A stretch of DNA of 63,452 bases, filler included, from Reclinomonas americana ATCC 50394 (lineage: Eukaryota): the NCBI GenBank assembly GCA_048213135.1. It is 5 parts of 2 records of this genome, joined end to end, with 100 filler letters (N's around TTAATTAATTAA, not from the genome) between each part and the next. Parts side by side here need not be neighbours in the genome. Positions count along the whole stretch, not along the records: positions 1 to 14,573 come from PS015278.1; positions 14,674 to 42,567 come from PS015278.1; 3 more parts are not named here. One strand, 5' to 3'. Below are positions 12,821 through 34,900 of this stretch, one piece after another. The position numbers were made by a program, and so were the translations under genes. The notes beneath the pieces were generated by a model, which searched no databases, was not told the DNA's origin, and was given only the letters and a program-made list of their open reading frames with translations. The stretch's first letter is position 1. The number at the start of each line of letters is the position of its first letter.

Positions 12821-14154
12821 ATGTCTGCGCGCAGGAAAAAGGTGCCTCTCACTCACTCACTCTATGTGTGCCTCACTCACTCACGTTTCTCTCTGTCTCA
12901 GGTGTTGCTGATGGGCCGAGCAGGTGCCGGAAAGACCGCAATGCTCAGTCTCATGTTTGCACCAGACTCGATCCGCGCAGGTCTCTCTCCACTCACACAC
13001 TCTCTCTCTCTCTGACTGCAACTCACACACACACACACGTGCGCACACACAGAGAACATGGACATTAGCACCACACTCGGTCACATGGGCGTTGATCTGT
13101 GGGACAGTGATGGGTGAGAGAGAGAGAGCGCGCGCGAATGTTTTGCCTGTATGTGTGTCACACTCACACTCACACATTGTGTGGCAAACAGCGAGGATGC
13201 CTTTGTGGAGAACTTTCTGGAGACAAAGCGCGACGCCGTCTTTAGCGATGTGGCTGCGTTGGTCTATGTGTTTGCAGTGGACGCGCAAGACGTGCAGGTC
13301 TCTCACAGTCTCACTGTCTTCTCTCTTGCTTGTGTTGCTCACTCGTCGCGTTGTTGTGACGACAGAACGAGATGCACTACTTCCAAATGGCGCTGCAGTT
13401 CACCATGCAGTTCTCTCACGCCGCGCACATCTTTTGTCTCGTGCACAAGATGGACTTGGTCGAGGACGAGTACTATGATCTTGTTGAGTGACTGCCAGCA
13501 AAAAGAAAGTGAGCGAGGCAGCTTACTGTGGCTTGTGTAGGTGATTGCGGATCGTCGGCAGGAGATTGAGCGGCTGAGTGACCCGATCCGCGTGCGCTTC
13601 TTTGGCACCAGCATCTGGGATGACTCGTTGTATGCGGCGTGGAGTGAGATTGCACGGGCGCTGATCTTTCCGGGTGCGAGTGCCGAGCCGGCGCAGAGGT
13701 TACTGCAGCAGATGCGGGAGGTGTGCTGTGCCGACGAGATCATTCTGTTTGATCGCAACACGCTGTTGGAGATTGCGCGGTGTGTGCCGCCGGCGGCCAT
13801 GACGGCGGCGTCGGCGGCGGCTGGAGCGGATCGTGATCGCTCGGAGAAGGTCTCGCAGGTGGTGAAGCGATTCAAGATGGCGTGCAGGTGCGTCTTTCCC
13901 GCCTCTCGTCGGGACTGTTAACTCACTCACTCCTCTGCCACAGCAAGAGCGGCAGTCGATGTCAGTCCATTGACATTCGTCACGGAGGCGCCAATGTCAA
14001 CATTCGCCGTTTCACTAGCACCACGTTTCTGCTCGTGGCAGTGTCGGATCCGGAGATTCGGCCGGCCACCACGCAGCTCAACATTGATGTGATGGCGCCG
14101 GTGTTTGAGAAGATGTTGATTGAGGCCGCGAAAGAACTCGACCCGGAGAGCTGA
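12821..14154 (+). CDS. RRAGA: Rag/Gtr1-family small GTPase (RagA/B-like), divergent
   Basis: KKVLLMGRAGAGKT (G1), LWDSDGE (G3), FCLVHKMD (G4), TSIWD (G5), roadblock CTD ADEIILFDRNTLLEI and RSEKVSQVVKRFKMACSK; 6 GT-AG introns. Confidence 0.88.
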
Positions 14155-14573
14155 GGCGCGCCGAATGACGACTGTGTCGATCGTCTCCCATTCTTCGCCA
14201 CGGCAGCGACAACTGAGTTGGCCCTATGCCATGTGTCGATATGATTTGACAATCAGCTGCCTGCATCTTGCCAACAGCGAGAAGCGACTGAAGTGGCCCC
14301 GGAGGGCGCTTACTGACGGCGTGGAACACACGCCGTGCACATTCAAACAATCAAACAAGGATGATGTACCCATTTCAACACTGGTTATTCTTGTTCTACT
14401 CATATTTTCCATGTCGGTGTCGTATCACGCATTTTTCAGCATCCTCACACCTGGTAGGCCTTGCGCAACGCCGGTGAGGCGGCCGCGCTGAGTTCACGGA
14501 AAATGTCGCTGACCACTGCACACGCACATTCACAAATCAGTCGGGATGCTGACAGGTCCCGACATGCCACTCG

Positions 14574-14673
14574 NNNNNNNNNNNNNNNNNNNNNNNNNNN
14601 NNNNNNNNNNNNNNNNNTTAATTAATTAANNNNNNNNNNNNNNNNNNNNNNNNNNNNNNNNNNNNNNNNNNNN
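14574..14673. other. Artificial 100-nt scaffold linker (N...TTAATTAATTAA...N); also at 42568-42667, 53269-53368 and 60127-60226
   Basis: An identical six-frame-stop 12-mer embedded in Ns occurs four times. Confidence 0.97.
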
Positions 14674-16316
14674 TACGCCAAGCTCGGCAATCAGCTCACA
14701 CTGGCCGATCGTGAGGCCTCGTGGCGCACGTACTGCGATCTGTTTGTCGAGATCTCTGGTGTGTGTGTGTATGCATTCGTGGACTACTCGCCAGCTAGCC
14801 TTCTCATGCATGTGTGCCGTGCTACGCAGATGCTGACCACTTGGAGTTCGACTTGCCGAACCAGCTGCTGTGGGATATTGTCGACGAGTTCATCTACCAG
14901 TTCCAGGAGTTTTGCAACTGGCGTGCACGCGTGAAGTCGTTGAGCATGGAGGATTTGGAGTACCTGCGCGACGAGCAGGAGCTGAATGAGGTGTGGAACT
15001 GCGCGTCTGTGCTGCACTGGCTGGAGAAGCTGCGCGACAAGTCGGGCGTGTTGGCGCTGTTGGAGCGTGAGCGACGCGACAAGGTCCCAGTGTTGCGTAC
15101 CGACGAGTGCTTTTGTCATGAGTAATGATGCCATACGCTGCGACTCACAAGTATTGTCGCGTGTAGAGAGTCGGAGTTGTGGGAGTCGAGTCCGCACCAC
15201 GTGATTCGCATGTTGGGCTACTACTCAATCATTGGTCTCATGAGGTGCCACGTGATGCTGGGCGACTACCACTCGGCGTTGCGCGCACTCGACCCGCTGG
15301 ACATGTCGAACAAGAAGGCACTGTATGCACGCCTGCACGGCTGCAACATCACCACCCACTACTACCTCGGCTTCGCGTACCTGTCGTTGCATCGCTACGT
15401 GGACGCACAGAAGCGTTTCACCGACGTGCTGACGTACTGGAATCGCCTGCGCAAGTTCAACACACGGTCGTACCAGTGGGCCAATGTTGCGTATGACACT
15501 GTGCTCGAGGCTCGTCACATGCATTTTTCCTAATCGCTTCCTCCTTCTCGTGCGCAGCTGTTGAAGAAGCAAGACCAGTTGTGCGGTCTGCTGGCCATCA
15601 GTCTGGCACTGCACCCAGCTCGTGTCACCGACGAGTACGTGAACGGCTACATTCGTGAGCAGTACGGCGACAAGCTTCCGCGCATGCAAAAGGGCGATTT
15701 GGGTGTGTACGAGAGCGTCTACAGCTTCTCCGCCCCCAAGTTTGTGTCCCCCGTGCCGCCAGGTGAAAAAAGATGAAGAGTGTGGTGCATGATTGCTCGT
15801 GGTTGCTTAGCTCACACCATTTCGTGTTGTAGATTATGATGAGGAGCCACGGACAAACCACCACCTGGAGCCTCTGCAGCACCAGTTCAAGATCTTTGCC
15901 GAGGAGATTCCGCTGCAGGCGCAGCTGCAGGAGCTGCGCTCGTACCTCAAGCTGTACACATCGATCCCGGTCTCCAAGATGGCCTCGTTCTTGTCGGTCT
16001 CGGTGGAGGAGTTCCGCACTCAGATTCTGCGACTGAAGCGCAAGACACGTCAGTTGGTGTGGCAGGGCGGCCCAGCAATCAGCGGCGAGTGGCAGACGCA
16101 CTCGGATGTCGACTTCTACTTGGATGGGGTGAGTTTGTTCGCATGGAATGTGGATGTTGTGTTGTGTGACCGAGCTCACCATGTGTGCGTGTGCCACAGG
16201 ACATGATCTACATTGCGGACGTGAAGAGCGCACGGCGGCAGGGAGAGTTCTTTGTGCGACACATTGTGAGGTTTGAGCAGTTCTTGGCTCACATGGCCAG
16301 CAAGGACCAACAATGA
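14674..16316 (+). CDS. EIF3L: Translation initiation factor 3 subunit L (5' part missing)
   Basis: LPNQLLWDIVDEFIYQFQEF, MLGYYSIIGLMRCHVMLGDY, FSAPKFVSP, LRSYLKLYTSI, DVDFYLDG|DMIYIAD; stop TGA 16316. Confidence 0.95.
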
Positions 16317-16545
16317 GCACGATGAATGGATCGCGGCCCCATCTAAACAAGTATGTGCATCATGTTTAATTGAGAGAGAACGGTAGAGGTAGTGTCTGTT
16401 GTTCTCTCGTTTACACATCAAAAAAGGAGGGCTTGTCNNNNNNNNNNNNNNNNNNNNNNNNNNNNNNNNNNNNNNNNNNNNNNNNNNNNNNNNNNNNNNN
16501 NNNNNNNNNNNNNNNNNNNNNNNNNNNNNNNNNNNNNNNTCGCCG

Positions 16546-21635
<5,090 letters not shown>

Positions 21636-21790
21636 TCTCTCACACACACTCTCGATTTGATGGACGACTGCGCGGGAAAAACGATTTTGATCTTGGGGAC
21701 GACACACGGTGACTTCGCATGCAGTTATATACACTCGCCAGCCTCTCTGCTGTGCAACTCTCTCTAATATCGCCGGTGGATTGTGGTCAA

Positions 21791-23193
21791 TTACTGTGCA
21801 TCGGTCGACGCGGTGGCTCTTGGGTGGAAGGCTTCGGGAAGCACGTCGGGCAGGTCTCGTACGCGGTGAATGACTGACACGCGCACGCGCGGCAAGGGTT
21901 AGTGCAGCTAGTCAAGTGACGCGAAGTGGGTGGCACACTGACGCAACTGTGATCGGCCGAGGGGCAGTCGGTGATCTCGTCGGAGACGAGCACGGTGATG
22001 AAACCGTGTTCCTTGGCGCACTTGATGTTGGGCACTGTACACGTGAGGGAGAGGTCAACGATGTGACACGTAGAGCAGATGCACTCTCTCCCGCCCACTC
22101 ACCCGAGTCGTCGACCAGCACGCACTTGGTGGGATCCGTCACGCCGGCAATCTGCATGGCGATATCGTAGGCATCGCGCTCTCGTCTGCACGCGCAGCAC
22201 ACACACCCTGCGGTCAGTCAACACACTAGCACGTTCATATGCGAGCCACGGCGGAACTTGGTCTTGAACTGCGACACAAGGCACAGTGAATGGCAAGAAA
22301 AAAACACGGAAGATTGATCACGATGGAGGCGTACTCACGTCGGTGGCCTTGATGTCCACAATCCCGTGAAACACGTCGGCCACTGCTCACACACACAGTG
22401 AGGCTCATTTCACTGCCAACAGTCCACGACAAACGACGCAACAGCCAATGATCTCCAGACACCTTTCGGCATGATGCCGACTGTACAGCTCGTCGTGAGA
22501 ACGAAGGAGGAAAGACGCCACTGTTGACGACCTCACGCAACATCGACACTGTGTAGACGTACAGCGGAACAGTGGCCTTGCACAGAGTGTCGCGCAACTC
22601 ACGATCCTCGCCAAAATGCTTTTCCAACTCCACTACGCAATCATCAGCACAGAGGATCACAACTACGCAGGCAGCACGTGCGATACACACCATCGTGAAC
22701 ATGTGAAAAGTCTGCTCACAAGCACAGCATGAGCGATCAAGACACACAGAGTGCGAAGAATGGAACCCACTCACACTCATCCACGTGCTCCGGATCAATG
22801 AGCTCGTCATGAAGCAGTGCCTTGATGGTCAATCCGTGCTTGACAAACGCCTCACGATGCCACTCTTGCACATCCTCCTGTGCTGCGTGTGAGAAGGAGA
22901 GAAAGGAGCGCGCGCGAGAAGAGCGGACGACGCACTGGATCAAAATGCAGCTTGTCGACGAGAAACGAGTTGACTATCTTGCAGATGAGTGACTGTTGTG
23001 GTGTGACAAGGGCAAGCAAGCAACAACGAGATGCACTGTTCTCGTGCAGAACGCGTTGCGTCTGTCGCCCGTCTTGATACAGCTAAATCGATCATGAGAT
23101 TGAGTCAAAGATGGCATTGTGTGGCACACTGACAAGACGCACAGTGTCATCGCAGTCGATGAACAGACAGTCGATCACGCGGCCTTCTGCCAT
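21791..23193 (-). CDS. HAD-family pyrimidine 5'-nucleotidase (SDT1/PHM8-like)
   Basis: LFIDCDDT|LY (motif I), HGLTIKAL, HHAERCLEIIG|LADVFHGIVD, VLVDDS|VPNIKCAKEHGFITVLV; about 12 small exons. Confidence 0.85.
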
Positions 23194-23347
23194 GCTTTCT
23201 TTTTGAGTGACTGGTGTTGTGTTCGGAACTGAGGACAGAGGCCAATGGATGCGCCGCGAGCGGCATTGTCTGGACGGTTGAAATCACACACGAGCGGCCT
23301 CAGGTCTCCTTCAAGGCTCCTGACATTTGCGACTCACACCAACGAAG

Positions 23348-27520
<4,173 letters not shown>

Positions 27521-27638
27521 TTGTGTCGGTGGCACTCTCCTTTAACCTTTCATTACCAACTTGTCTAAACTGTGTATGCGCTGTTTTGTGCGAATGAATG
27601 AATTCTAGTGTGACTAACAACAACAACAACCACTGCTA

Positions 27639-30600
27639 CTACTTCTTGCGTCCAAGTGTCCGCTGCTTCTCGCCGGCTGCCACCAGCTTCTCGTCTACTT
27701 GCAAGCCCTTGCGCTTGCGCACCGTGTTCATGTACGTGCGCGCAATGTTGGGAATGACTTCCTTGTCGCCCCACTCCTCCAGCTCCTCCTCGGTGGGCTC
27801 CCAGAACGGCGACACCTCAATCGTCTCCCAGTGCGACAGTTTCAACTGTGGACTGGCAGCACCAGAGGCCTTGGTGCGCAACTCATTGGCAAAATTGAAG
27901 GACTCGGCCACCTGGGCAGTGAGGACAGACGTTGAGCAAACAATGATCAAACATAAACGCAGCATGATGAACGCACCGGCAACAGACTCTCCACTGTAAA
28001 TGTGTTGGTACCCTCGCGGAATCGCTCATTTACCACTCGCGCACGCCGTCGGTTCAGCACATCGTACACGCGACCAATGAACTCGACTGCGTGACAAGAA
28101 TGGCGAGTGAGCGACTGTGGTGAGGCCATGATTAACAATAACACAATCATAATGACCTGGTGCATCAATAACACACTCGTACATGGCCTCCACCAGCCGA
28201 GGGGAGGCCTCGAGGAACGCATCGCGACATGTGGTCTTGACGGCGGCCATGATCTGCACGAAAAGTGAGGAACTATTTCACACGCACACGTGTAAACAAC
28301 ACTTCTGTGCCACACCTGCCCTGTCAGCGGTCCATACGGATCGGCAGCACTGAGTTGGAAGGCACTGGAGCCGTCGACAAACTCCACTTGCATGACATGG
28401 TAAGCGACGCCTGTCAGTGGCTCGTCGCACAGCGGCCCGTGAGCGGCGGCCAGCTGGAAACCCGACACGACGCTGCCGTCAATCGACACCATCGACGCCC
28501 ATTCTGCACATTGTGAAGCGTGTGAGCAGCACGCAATGCACAACTGCAGCAGAGGTTGTGTAACAAACCGTCGGAGGACTCCACCGGGTGTACGCGGAAA
28601 CCCAATTGTGCGCGATCAGCCAGTGTGCCCCACGCACTGCGATGACTCACGTAAGCATCCCTTTTAGCGACGAAGTGCCGAGAAACGTACGCAACGCGGA
28701 TGTGCAGTAGCCGGGGACATCGTTGAAAAGAATGTTGGAGCCGCAGCGTCGCGGTCCAAAGGCCCACACGTGATCCACTCGCGACGCCCATTCCTCGCCA
28801 GCAGCTGCAAACTCGGCACGCAGACCCTCAAAGAGCGTGTGATACTCTGCGGAAAACGGCGAATGAGACGCACCGAAATGAGATCTTACACAGAGTGCGC
28901 AGACACACACCCGCCGACGCCATGCGAGAGGAGATGCTCTTGATGCTCTCACGATGCGCCTCCAGGAACGAGGTGATGTTCGCCGGCAGCGGCGTGCATC
29001 GCACAGTGAACTTGACCCGCTGATTCGCAGTGAGACCCTCGGCTTCGCCGCTGGCCTCGTCGCTCGGCACCACCGTCTCGCGGAACGTCACCAACGGCTC
29101 CGACGCATGCACCTTGACCTTGGCAAAGCTCTCCTCCAAGTCGCGAAGACATCGCTGCGACCACTGTTAACACACAGGCACACACCACGACACCACTCAT
29201 CAATCTCAAGCTCACCTCGGCGTGCACCTCGCCAGCACACACAATCACATGCTCGCCATTCTCCTGCACAAACACCTCCACCGACGGATCCGAGCTGTTC
29301 AACATGCGCAGACCCTCCATCAATCGTCTCATGTCGCCCACATTCTCCGGTTCCACCGCGATGCGTACAATTGGCGCCGCCTGTGGCGAGGTCAGCATGA
29401 GCGTGCTGATGGAAGAGGGTCACAGGAGGAGGCAAGATGGAACCTGGAACTGCATCAACGAGAACGCAGGCAAGCGCTGGTCGGACGACACGGTGGCGTA
29501 CTTGAGAATCTGGCGAGACATGCCACCAATGCCGAAAATGTTGCCGGCGGGCACCTCATCCACCGGCTCCACACTGCGACCCATGAGGATGTACAGATCC
29601 TCGACGACCACCGCGTGTCGGTGCTTCTCCGGATGCGAGGGCTTGTAGCGAGCGCCCAGGATGTGAATCCGCTGTCCGCGACGCAACGTGCCCGAGAAAA
29701 TGCGACCAAAGCCCACAAATGGATCAAACGACTCGCCATCATCCGCTGAATCCGCACGCTCCGCTGCGGCATCCTGCTGTGCCGCCATTTGGCGCTCCAC
29801 TTGCTTCAGCACCACGGCTGTGCGAACACGTGCGCGCGAAGAGAGTGAGGAGACGACATGGAGCGACGCACTGAGCAGCAAAATACATACCACCCGCATG
29901 ACCGCTCAGCAGTGGATCGTCCTCGCGCCACGGCTCCTCCGGCACTCCACTCGCTCGCGCGGCAGCCGAGGCCTCACCGTCCCCTCGCGATGATGCACCA
30001 GCGCCGGCGGCAGCAGTGCCCTCCTGCGGAATCGATGGTCTCGGTCGCGGGCGCGACACGTGCGCACTGGCGGCGCCAGCAAAGTCCATTTCTGTGCAAC
30101 GCGTTCAGTCCACACGAGAGAGGGAAAGGGAAGGACATGAAACTACGCACCCAAAAGCTTCGACACAAAAGCATACACCGGCGCCGAATCACTTGAATCG
30201 CATGTGCGAAACGCCTGCGCCGCTCGCCGGCAGAATTCCACCGACTCGGCAGCTGGCGATGGCGACGCGCCACTCGACGGTACGACGAGATCCGCCGAGG
30301 CCAGGAGTTCGGGCACGAGGTGTGCGGCACGTATGTCCTGCGCCACCACCGGCGACGGCACGTGCTCCACCACCATTTCTGCGCCACGCCACATAAGTAA
30401 AAAAGGACACTACGCAGCTCCTGGCCGCAAGCAACACAGACGCAACGAAGAATGCAATCGGAGAGTGGCAGCCAGCGGCTGAGAACCGACTGGAGTGCCA
30501 CCTTGCGATCGCGGTGCGCCAACTCACGCGGCGGCACCGTCAGCGACAGAGCTCGCAAGATCTTGACGAGTTTCTCCTCATCGCTACATTAAACGCAGCA

Positions 30601-31846
30601 GAGTCAGACTCACCGCCACTCACCCTCCGTCACACATGCACACATGTGGGCGCAACTTGCTGAGCACCGCATTGTAGACGGCGTACATGTTTTCGAGAAT
30701 GAACTGCACAAACATGGGAGCCGACGACTTGGTGGGCGGCTTGCGCAGAATGCGCTTGGTCTTCGGGTCCAGATAGAAGAGCCCGCCCAGCGCCTTGACC
30801 AGCACCTCGTACTTCATGCCAAGCTTCTGCGCATACAACCGCGCAAAGTCCGACACGCGAAACGCCCACCCGTCCACCGCCGACGCGAACGCCACATTTC
30901 CCCTCTCCAACGAGAAGAACGCGGTGCTGTCGACTGCATCGGTGATATCCTCGCCATCTTCGCCCAGCGCGCCACCCACCTCCAGCACTCCCTCGTCGAC
31001 ACGCGCCATAATGTCGGCATTCTGCGCGCAAATGCGTGTGTGTGTGAGAGAGAGAGGCAGCGCGTTGCCGCAGAGGGCGGTAGCGCATGAACGCAACGTA
31101 GAAACTCGACTGAATGACATTGGTGGCCTCGAGAATGGTGCGCACTTGATGAAAGGCCTCTAGTGGCGACAGTCGCAGCTCGGTGATGAGCTTGTCGAAC
31201 TTGTTCAGCACCAGACACGGAGCAAGGTTCTCACGCCACGCCTGCCAATCACCTTCATCAGTCTCCAGGCACGCATGCTATAGCTCACAAAGGAGACGCA
31301 CCTGTTCCAGCACCGCACGCGTCTGCACACAAACGCCCTCCACACAGTCGACCAACACCACCGCTCCGTCGCACAGACGCACCGCCGTCGACACCTCACT
31401 GGAGAAATCCACATGCCCCGGCGAGTCAATCAAATGCACCAAGTACCTCTCACTCGACGCAGGCACAGGTGCGCTATCACTGCTCCCACTGCTGCTCCCA
31501 GGCGCCTGCTCAGCAGGCGCCGGCACTTGCTGCTGATGAATGAGTGCAATGGAGCTTGATTTCATCGTGATTCCGCGCAGCTGCTCGTCTGGGCGCGAGT
31601 CCATGAAGCGCACTTTGCCGGCGATCTTGGGCGAGATGATGCCATTGGAGGAGATCAGGTGGTCACTGAGCGTCGTCTTGCCTGCATGCACGTCAAAGTG
31701 CGTCAGTGTGACTGAATTTAGTCACTCTCTCTTTCTCAGCGTGGCAAACCGTGGTCCACATGCGCCAACACGCAAATGTTGCGCACGTGCGTGGCGTCGC
31801 CGAGAACATCGCGCAGATCGCCTGGTTGCACGGCAATACGATGCAT
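27639..31846 (-). CDS. EFL1: Elongation factor-like GTPase 1 (EFL1/RIA1), 60S maturation
   Basis: [108 protein letters not shown]; 15 introns traced. Confidence 0.96.
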
Positions 31847-31937
31847 GCTCTATCTCTGATGTTACGAGCGGGGTGACAGTGCGAGACAGTGCGAGTCGTG
31901 CGCAGGAAAACGCGGGAAAAGTGATCGTTAGTCCTAC

Positions 31938-34900
31938 ATGTCGAGCAGCGATGAGGAGATCGATCTCGACGCCTCTGGCAGCGAGGACGACTATCAACCG
32001 CCGCCGCAACGGCCGATTACGCGACATGGAGCACCGCCAATGCCGGGTCCGACTCGCCAGGCGTCGTTTGCTCAGCGTGATCCTTATGCCTCGCGGCTGA
32101 GGTCTGTGTGCTGTTCTCCTCTTGTGTGCGTGTCTGTGCTCATGTGTGTTGTGTAGTGAGTCGCCGGCGTGGGCGGGTGGTGGAGGAGGTGCTGGACGAC
32201 CGGGAGATGCACTGGCGCAGGCGTTGGCCAATGCGCAGCGACGAAAGGCCTTGGAGGCGCAGCAGCAGCAGCAACAACAACAGCAGCAGGCAATGGCCAG
32301 GCAGCAGCAGCAGGTGAGGCGCGGTGGTCCACTGGCCTCGGATCAGTTGGCTGCCAAGGTATGTGAGCAAAGTGTGTGGGACTCTGGTGGCGATCCTCAC
32401 GCGTTGTTGCTTGCAGTTTCAGGCCCGTGATCGACTTGCCGGTGCGTTCATGTGTCTGTGTTTGTGTGGCAAAGTGTGTAGCAGCGACTGAGACGATTCG
32501 TGTGCAGTTGACTCGGACAGCGACTTGTCGGACATGTCGCCACCGATGTCGCGGTCGAGCCGGCCGACGTTGTCTGTGTCTGCGCCACCGCCACCTGGTC
32601 GATCGGCGGCCGCGGCTGAGCGGTTGTTGGCGGAGAGCGACTCGGACAGCAGTATTGAACGAGTTGCGTGCTCTCTGCTCTCTCACCTACTTCACCCACC
32701 TTTGTTAACCTGGTCCGCGCACGCCAGATCATGCGCGATCACTTGCCGGCGAGGGCCAGTGCACAGACGGTGACGAGGCAGACATCGGAGCCGACTCTGC
32801 GCTCGGCACTGCGCACCGATGCTGGTGGCGTGATCCGATCGGACGAGTTTATGCGCTCAAGCCGCGAGGACCGGCGACGACTGGTCAAGTTCAAGGAGCC
32901 GTCGCCGAGTCCCACTCGACCGCTCGGGTCCACCACAGTGAAGACACCGGCGGGCCAGTCGGCCGCGGTTGCGGCGCCGGCGCCCACAAACTTTTCCGCG
33001 CTGAGTTTCAAGGCGTTCACCGCCACTGCAGAACCCGCGGCGCCGGTGCCCGCTGCTGCAGCCTCGCAACCACCTCGTGTCGCCAAGAGCAACTCTGCGC
33101 CGCAGTTGAATGCAGCCGTGGCCGCTTCAGTACCGCCAGCGGCGGCAGCGCTCGCCGCCAGCAGTGTGCCAACAAAGCGCATGCAACTGCCGGCCTCTGC
33201 ACTTCAACTGCAGGGCAACAAGCCACTCGGCTCCACCGCTGCACGTGTGAGTGCTTCTTTCGCTTGCCATGGCGACGTGAATCAACTGCATTCTGATTAT
33301 TTTTGTGTGTGCGCAGCCAACGAGTGCAGGACCGGCAGCCACGACACCGACGGCGTCTCGCTTCCTCACCGCCCCTGCCTCACCGGGTCTCGGGGACTCG
33401 CTGTCGGACGAAAGCCTCTCCATCGGCTCACCTTCGGTGCTCGAATCGACTGATGACGAAATAGGATCACCAGTGGCTGCACGAGCGACACTCCAGTCGC
33501 GACTGACTACTGCACCGACCACTGCTGCTACTGCTGGCAGTCGTGTGGGAGTTGCTGCGCGTGCTCCAGTCGTCGAATCGGACGAGGAAATCGAGGTGGA
33601 GTCGGAGGAGGAGTTGAAACCGATTCGCAGAGGTGGTGGTCCACCAGCAGCTGCGCTGGCACAGGGAGTCGCCCTGGCGCGTGCGGCTTCTGGTGCAGGT
33701 GGACCACCGATTGCAGCAGACAAGGGAGGACCGAGTATTGGAAGGGGAGCTGGTGTTGCTGCTGCAGCTGGACGTGGCAGTGCTGCTGTTGTTGGTGGAG
33801 GCCCTATGATTGGTGCGGGCAGAGGAACAGCTGCTGTTGCTGCTGGCAGTGTTGGTGCAGGTCGTGGTGGTGGTGGTGGTCCGCTGTTGCGTGCAGGACA
33901 GGCAGCAATTGGTTCACCTCCCACGCCGCCATCGTCGCCTTCAGAGGTCGAAGAGGACACACCACCAAAGATAAGTGCGGCTGCTGGCCGTGGTGGTGGT
34001 GGAAGAGGTGGAGGCGGCGGCCCGCTACTTCGTTCCACTTCACTGACTACGGGAATCGGGGCTGCGGCGGGAGGAGTAGGGGGAGGAGGAAAAAGTGCAC
34101 CGGCCGCAGTGCGATCGCCGCCGAGTCCGCCAAGTCCATCATCGGAAGACATTGATGTGGACAGTGATGAGGCACCACGAAAACCATTCCGAGGCGGTGG
34201 TGGACCACCACTGGCTCGGCCTCCGCAGGCGGCAGTCTCGGCGTCGCCAGCGAGGAAGCCAGACGTGCCCGGCAAGGCTGCGAGTGGTGGTGGTGGACCT
34301 CTACTTGCTCGCTCTGTGGACACTGCGTCGTCCAAGGGTGGTCCGCTGCTGACGCCCGCTGCTGTGTCGAGGTCGACAGAGCAGTCGCCTCTCGCGGCGC
34401 AGTCGCAGCAGCAGCGAAGGAGTCTGGACGGACCCGCCTCCATCAGTGGCCTCTCCTCCATTTCTCAGGCGTCACAGAACGACTCGGCGAGCGATATTTC
34501 CGTGTCGATCTCGTTCGAGGGGAGCTCCATTGCGTCAGAGGACGGCATTAGCAACAAGCCGAAACCCACTGCGAAGCCTGCCGCTGCGCCGTCACGTGCT
34601 TCAGGTGCTGCCGGCTTGCAGTCGGGTGCGGCTCTCGCTGCTCTCGGTAAAAAGGCTGGATTCATGACGGTGGCCGACTTGAAACCGGCGGGAGACTCGG
34701 CCGACGAGGTCGAATCACTGCCACCCACCGAGTCGGAAGTAGTTGCGTTTTGTCGACACGCGCAAGTGAGGCGAAGGAGATTGGCTGACATTGTCGCAGA
34801 GCGAGGTGGAGAGCGCGGTGCAGAGTGAGTCCGACATGTCACATCGCGGCAGTCCGCCGCAACGAAGCACCGGCGGTCGTCCCACGGCGCAACGCAGACG

